A stretch of 41,378 nucleotides of DNA. Origin: a virus (taxonomy: Duplodnaviria > Caudoviricetes). Shown piece after piece: positions 38,672 to 41,378 of the stretch. Made by a program: the position numbers and the translations under genes. The DNA lies in the IMG/VR virus record IMGVR_UViG_3300030102_000576, positions 1 through 41,378 of that record; one strand, given 5' to 3'. The notes beneath the pieces were generated by a model. That model searched no databases, was not told where the DNA came from, and saw only the letters and a list, made by a program, of their open reading frames with translations. Numbering within the stretch: position 1 is the stretch's first letter; each line of letters begins with the position of its first letter.

Positions 38672-39163
38672 ATGGAAATTGAATTACCTGATCTGCCTGA
38701 TTCAAGTGATTTAAATTTAACTATACCTAATACCGAATTTGTTTTTCCAATTGCGGAAGTCCCATATCTAGATCCAAGTCTTCTACCTTCTCTGGAACAG
38801 GTACAGGGGGGACTTCAAAATCAGGAATCTTTGTCTTCTGAAGGTGATAAAGAAAAGTCAACGGAGGAAGTACAACCAATAACACCACCGCAAGGACTGA
38901 ACAACCTGCCAACCACCAAAGAAACTTTATCAACTGAAGAACCTGTAGCTACTTTCAATATACCATTTTTCGGTGAGATGCCTATACCTGCCCCAGAAGT
39001 AGTAGCATCAAGTGTCATCAGTGCAGGTGCTGCATCCATTGTGACCGTTACAGGTTCAATTGCAATGCAAGCCGTGGTTGCACAAATCAAAAAAATATTT
39101 AAAAAGATATTTACTAAGGTTCTAAAGAAGGAGATTGCGAATCGTCAAAAAGATCAGAGTTAG
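38672..39163 (+). CDS. hypothetical protein, acidic/Pro-rich with C-terminal hydrophobic segment and basic tail
   Basis: Starts right after the fibre stop; VVASSVISAGAASIVTVTGSIAMQAVVAQIKKIFKKIF. Confidence 0.7.
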   Translation: MEIELPDLPDSSDLNLTIPNTEFVFPIAEVPYLDPSLLPSLEQVQGGLQNQESLSSEGDKEKSTEEVQPITPPQGLNNLPTTKETLSTEEPVATFNIPFFGEMPIPAPEVVASSVISAGAASIVTVTGSIAMQAVVAQIKKIFKKIFTKVLKKEIANRQKDQS

Positions 39164-39680
39164 CCTTGACATAAGCTTTGATGTTTATAACATCAGCACA
39201 TAGGAATGCGTATTCCGACTTAGGATTTATCATGTAGCCCGATGCGTGGAGTTGTTGACATTTTAAAATCCGTACCAAATTTTTATCGTATATATTTTTT
39301 TCTAGTTCTTCTTTGGCTAGTTTTAGCTTTACGGCTGCTAAGTCTGAGCAAGTTTGATTATCACTTCCTAGTGGTATCATCCAACTTAACTGCACTCCCC
39401 ACCCTTGGTTAATAGTATAAGTAGGATTTTCTGCGTAAGGATTTTCTGCTTCGTTGCCTGTATAAAATGGAGTGACTGCCATTGTGGGCTGACTACAAAC
39501 TAAACCTCCAAACTGTTGTTTGCCTGTCATCCCATTATTAATATTCATATTCTGATTGATAATACTAGAATTACCTACCGCATTTGGTTGGGCTATAACA
39601 TCTGTATTACCTTCTGCCAGTACTGGATTACTGACTAAACACACTAAGAGAAGTGATAACTGAGGTCGTAGTGATATCAT
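39114..39680 (-). CDS. hypothetical exported protein
   Basis: Signal-peptide-like N-terminus (LSLLLVCLVSNPVLA-E); four further Cys. Confidence 0.7.
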   Translation of the reverse strand: MISLRPQLSLLLVCLVSNPVLAEGNTDVIAQPNAVGNSSIINQNMNINNGMTGKQQFGGLVCSQPTMAVTPFYTGNEAENPYAENPTYTINQGWGVQLSWMIPLGSDNQTCSDLAAVKLKLAKEELEKNIYDKNLVRILKCQQLHASGYMINPKSEYAFLCADVINIKAYVKANSDLFDDSQSPSLEP

Positions 39681-39999
39681 CCGTTTGAGTTATCTGCTCG
39701 GTTAAAGTTGAAGCTGCTCGTGTTGTAGTAGTCAATGACCAATCAGCAGTATTATCTGTTGGTGTAAAGATAGCGTCTGCAGCTTCTATGCCACCACTAG
39801 TTGCTGACGTTACAGTGATGTTTGAACCTTCCCAAGAATTTAGGGCCGACCCATATTTCTCAGTAACTATGGTGCGATCTATTGTCTGAGTAATATTCTC
39901 AGTTTTATTACTAGATCCTGTAGTCCAAGCAGGCTGTACTCCATTGGCATAAGCAGATACTGGTAATGCAAGTACAACTAATAAGAGAAATTTTTTCAT
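39628..39999 (-). CDS. hypothetical exported Thr-rich protein
   Basis: MKKFLLLVVLALPVSAYA signal peptide; alternating Thr-rich beta pattern; ends SVFSQ. Confidence 0.75.
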   Translation of the reverse strand: MKKFLLLVVLALPVSAYANGVQPAWTTGSSNKTENITQTIDRTIVTEKYGSALNSWEGSNITVTSATSGGIEAADAIFTPTDNTADWSLTTTTRAASTLTEQITQTDDITTTSVITSLSVFSQ

Positions 40000-40000
40000 G

Positions 40001-40249
40001 TTACTTTTTTGTCTCTTTGTTTATTGTAGGCGATTGTGTAGTTTGATTATTGTTACCCTTCTTACCAATACTCAATCCCAAACTAGCAGTTGATGCACTG
40101 AAGATACTAGCTATAAAGGTCGGATCAAAATCCACAATCTTTTTACCACTTGGTGGTTCCCAATATGAAAGTGTTAATAAAGCTGCAGACCATATCAAGA
40201 TAGCAACCTTAACAATAGTCTCAACTTTGTTTTCTTTATCGTCTTCCAT
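40001..40249 (-). CDS. small two-helix membrane protein
   Basis: IVKVAILIWSAALLTLSY and DPTFIASIFSASTASLGL hydrophobic segments. Confidence 0.75.
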   Translation of the reverse strand: MEDDKENKVETIVKVAILIWSAALLTLSYWEPPSGKKIVDFDPTFIASIFSASTASLGLSIGKKGNNNQTTQSPTINKETKK

Positions 40250-40266
40250 AATAGGTTTTATTAGTC

Positions 40267-40295
40267 ATACTATACATAATCATAAGTTAAGGCAA
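40267..40295 (-). promoter_or_regulatory. sigma70-type promoter for the inverted three-gene cassette
   Basis: TTGCCT (40295-40290), 17 nt, TAGTAT (40272-40267). Confidence 0.5.
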
Positions 40296-40456
40296 TGCCT
40301 GAGATTTACGCAGCATTAATAGGTGCATCAGTTACTGCAATAGTAGTGATGATATCTAACATGAGTAATAAAAGAGAAAGAGATATAAGAGACATATACT
40401 TTAGGCTAAACAAGTTGTCTGAAGCGGTAAGCAGAATAGAAGGCAAGATACAATAA
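40295..40456 (+). CDS. small membrane-anchored coiled-coil protein (53 aa), possible lysis accessory
   Basis: Manual translation MPEIYAALIGASVTAIVVMISNMSNKRERDIRDIYFRLNKLSEAVSRIEGKIQ. Confidence 0.65.
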   Translation: MPEIYAALIGASVTAIVVMISNMSNKRERDIRDIYFRLNKLSEAVSRIEGKIQ

Positions 40457-40487
40457 CGTGTGCTATGTTTGGAAAAACAAACAAACT

Positions 40488-40652
40488 ATGTACAAGATTC
40501 TTAAGCCAATAATTTTACGCTTCCTTTCAACGACTGCTGCGAAGAGACTTGTGGTGGAGCTCTGTCGGGTCTTCGTTAAGCAGACCTCGAATACCGTGGA
40601 CGATAAGTTAGTTGATTTGCTTGAGCAAAATTTGTTCCCCAAATTGAACTGA
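40488..40652 (+). CDS. small amphipathic protein (54 aa), possible holin-like
   Basis: MYKILKPIILRFLST...KRLVVEL...KQTSNTVDDKLV; T.N..DD motif recalled from cyanophage small genes; function unproven. Confidence 0.6.
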   Translation: MYKILKPIILRFLSTTAAKRLVVELCRVFVKQTSNTVDDKLVDLLEQNLFPKLN

Positions 40653-40927
40653 TGGACAAGGGTAAATTTCTCAACATCGAAATTGAAGAGCCACCTGTAG
40701 AGTTGCAGCTATCGGTTGAGATGCGAGTCAGAGAAATTTTAAAAAGTGATGATGTAATAGGGGTTAAAAAATATTGCACTCATTTGATAAGACATCAGAT
40801 GAAACAAGATGTATTCTTAGCAAGTTTGTTAGGCAGAATAATAGAATTAGAAGCAGCACTTGATAAAAAATACAGAGCAGATGAGTTAAATACTATGGAC
40901 AAAATAAAAAAGTTCTTTCATAATTAA
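40652..40927 (+). CDS. hypothetical helical protein, weakly NblA-like
   Basis: 91 aa, coupled to the upstream stop; PVELQLSVEMRVREI...D...KKYCTHLIRHQMKQDVFLASLL. Confidence 0.6.
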   Translation: MDKGKFLNIEIEEPPVELQLSVEMRVREILKSDDVIGVKKYCTHLIRHQMKQDVFLASLLGRIIELEAALDKKYRADELNTMDKIKKFFHN

Positions 40928-40943
40928 AAAAAAAGTAATTATT

Positions 40944-40988
40944 ATGCCTAAGAAATCTTACGGTAAACCCAAGCCACCAAAGAAATAA
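40944..40988 (+). CDS. possible basic micropeptide MPKKSYGKPKPPKK
   Basis: 14-codon ORF after an A-rich leader; too short to confirm. Confidence 0.3.
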   Translation: MPKKSYGKPKPPKK

Positions 40989-41006
40989 AGCAGTGGTGTG
41001 GCTTGG

Positions 41007-41076
41007 TAGGTTCTAGTTCTCCCCAATTCTAGAGCCTAGCCCCAGAGTGATAAAGGTTCGTGTCATTCTGGGGCTA
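41007..41076 (+). terminator. two adjacent hairpins between convergent transcription units (terminator or structured RNA)
   Basis: TAGGTTCTAG-N12-CTAGAGCCTA and TAGCCCCAGAGTGATA-N8-TGTCATTCTGGGGCTA. Confidence 0.55.
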
Positions 41077-41078
41077 TC

Positions 41079-41378
41079 CTAAAATGGCATCTCGTCTGAA
41101 GGTACTTTATTAAAGCTTTGTAAATCATCATTACCTTTATACGTTGGTGTATTAGGGTTTGGTTTTCCTGGTTGGTAATTATTATCGGCATCAAAAATAG
41201 TAACCATTACTGCTGATGGATTTGGTTTGTTACCGAAGTCGGGTAAGCCTGCTAGGTTAACCCATCTGTCTATAAGCATATATTGTTTACCCTCGTCATT
41301 CTCCATAATGACTCCAATGTTTTGCCAGTTTGCTTTTTTAACTCCGTCTTTCACATATTCTCGTGTCTTGACTGATAG
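41079..41378 (-). CDS. SSB-like protein (5' end beyond the window)
   Basis: Frame stays open to the window edge (LSVKTREYVKDGVKKANWQNIG...); P/N-rich linker and acidic DEMPF tail typical of SSB-type proteins. Confidence 0.6.
   Translation of the reverse strand, partial: LSVKTREYVKDGVKKANWQNIGVIMENDEGKQYMLIDRWVNLAGLPDFGNKPNPSAVMVTIFDADNNYQPGKPNPNTPTYKGNDDLQSFNKVPSDEMPF

Noticed and set aside
39039-39075. TTGTGACCGTTA, a near-match to the late motif
   Set aside because: Two mismatches, inside a coding region, and no TAnnnT hexamer 16 nt downstream.
41040-41076. GGTTCG resembling a tRNA T-loop or attP remnant
   Set aside because: It lies in a simple hairpin loop; no cloverleaf can be built and no integrase is present.
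31908-41378. Diversity-generating retroelement, expected by analogy to BPP-1
   Set aside because: No reverse transcriptase motif and no template/variable repeat pair seen.
1-41378. Stop-codon reassignment, introns or inteins
   Set aside because: Core genes are full length in the standard code with normal sizes, and TAA, TAG and TGA all serve as stops.

Overview
The window is an AT-rich, apparently near-complete tailed dsDNA phage genome with no host genes. The left arm (1-7457, minus strand) is a lambdoid-style early module: RusA-like resolvase, Mom-like DNA-modification enzyme, DnaC-like loader, DUF1376/YdaU-type initiator, Xis-like HTH, RecT, YqaJ exonuclease and unknowns. A divergent control region (about 7460-7610) precedes a Cro-like gene. 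The right arm (plus strand) is a BPP-1/epsilon15-type podovirus morphogenesis module: TerS, TerL, hydroxylase, GNAT, portal, scaffold, major capsid, cement, tail tubular A/B, three internal virion proteins including a 2779-aa polyvalent protein, and two tail-fibre genes. It ends with small membrane/secreted genes and a truncated SSB-like gene. No DNA or RNA polymerase, integrase, CI repressor, endolysin, tRNA or CRISPR array was recognised. Several small genes resemble marine cyanophage genes from memory, so a low-GC picocyanobacterial host is inferred but not shown. Two observations stand out. (1) A 124-codon, strongly acidic +1-frame ORF with its own AGGAGGT ribosome-binding site is nested over an ADP-ribosyltransferase-like module of the giant virion protein, and host-frame codon choice avoids stops in the nested frame. 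(2) A four-copy promoter-like motif, GTGTGACCGTAA-N16-TAnnnT, sits at late gene boundaries. All protein family calls come from motif recognition by eye, without database searches.
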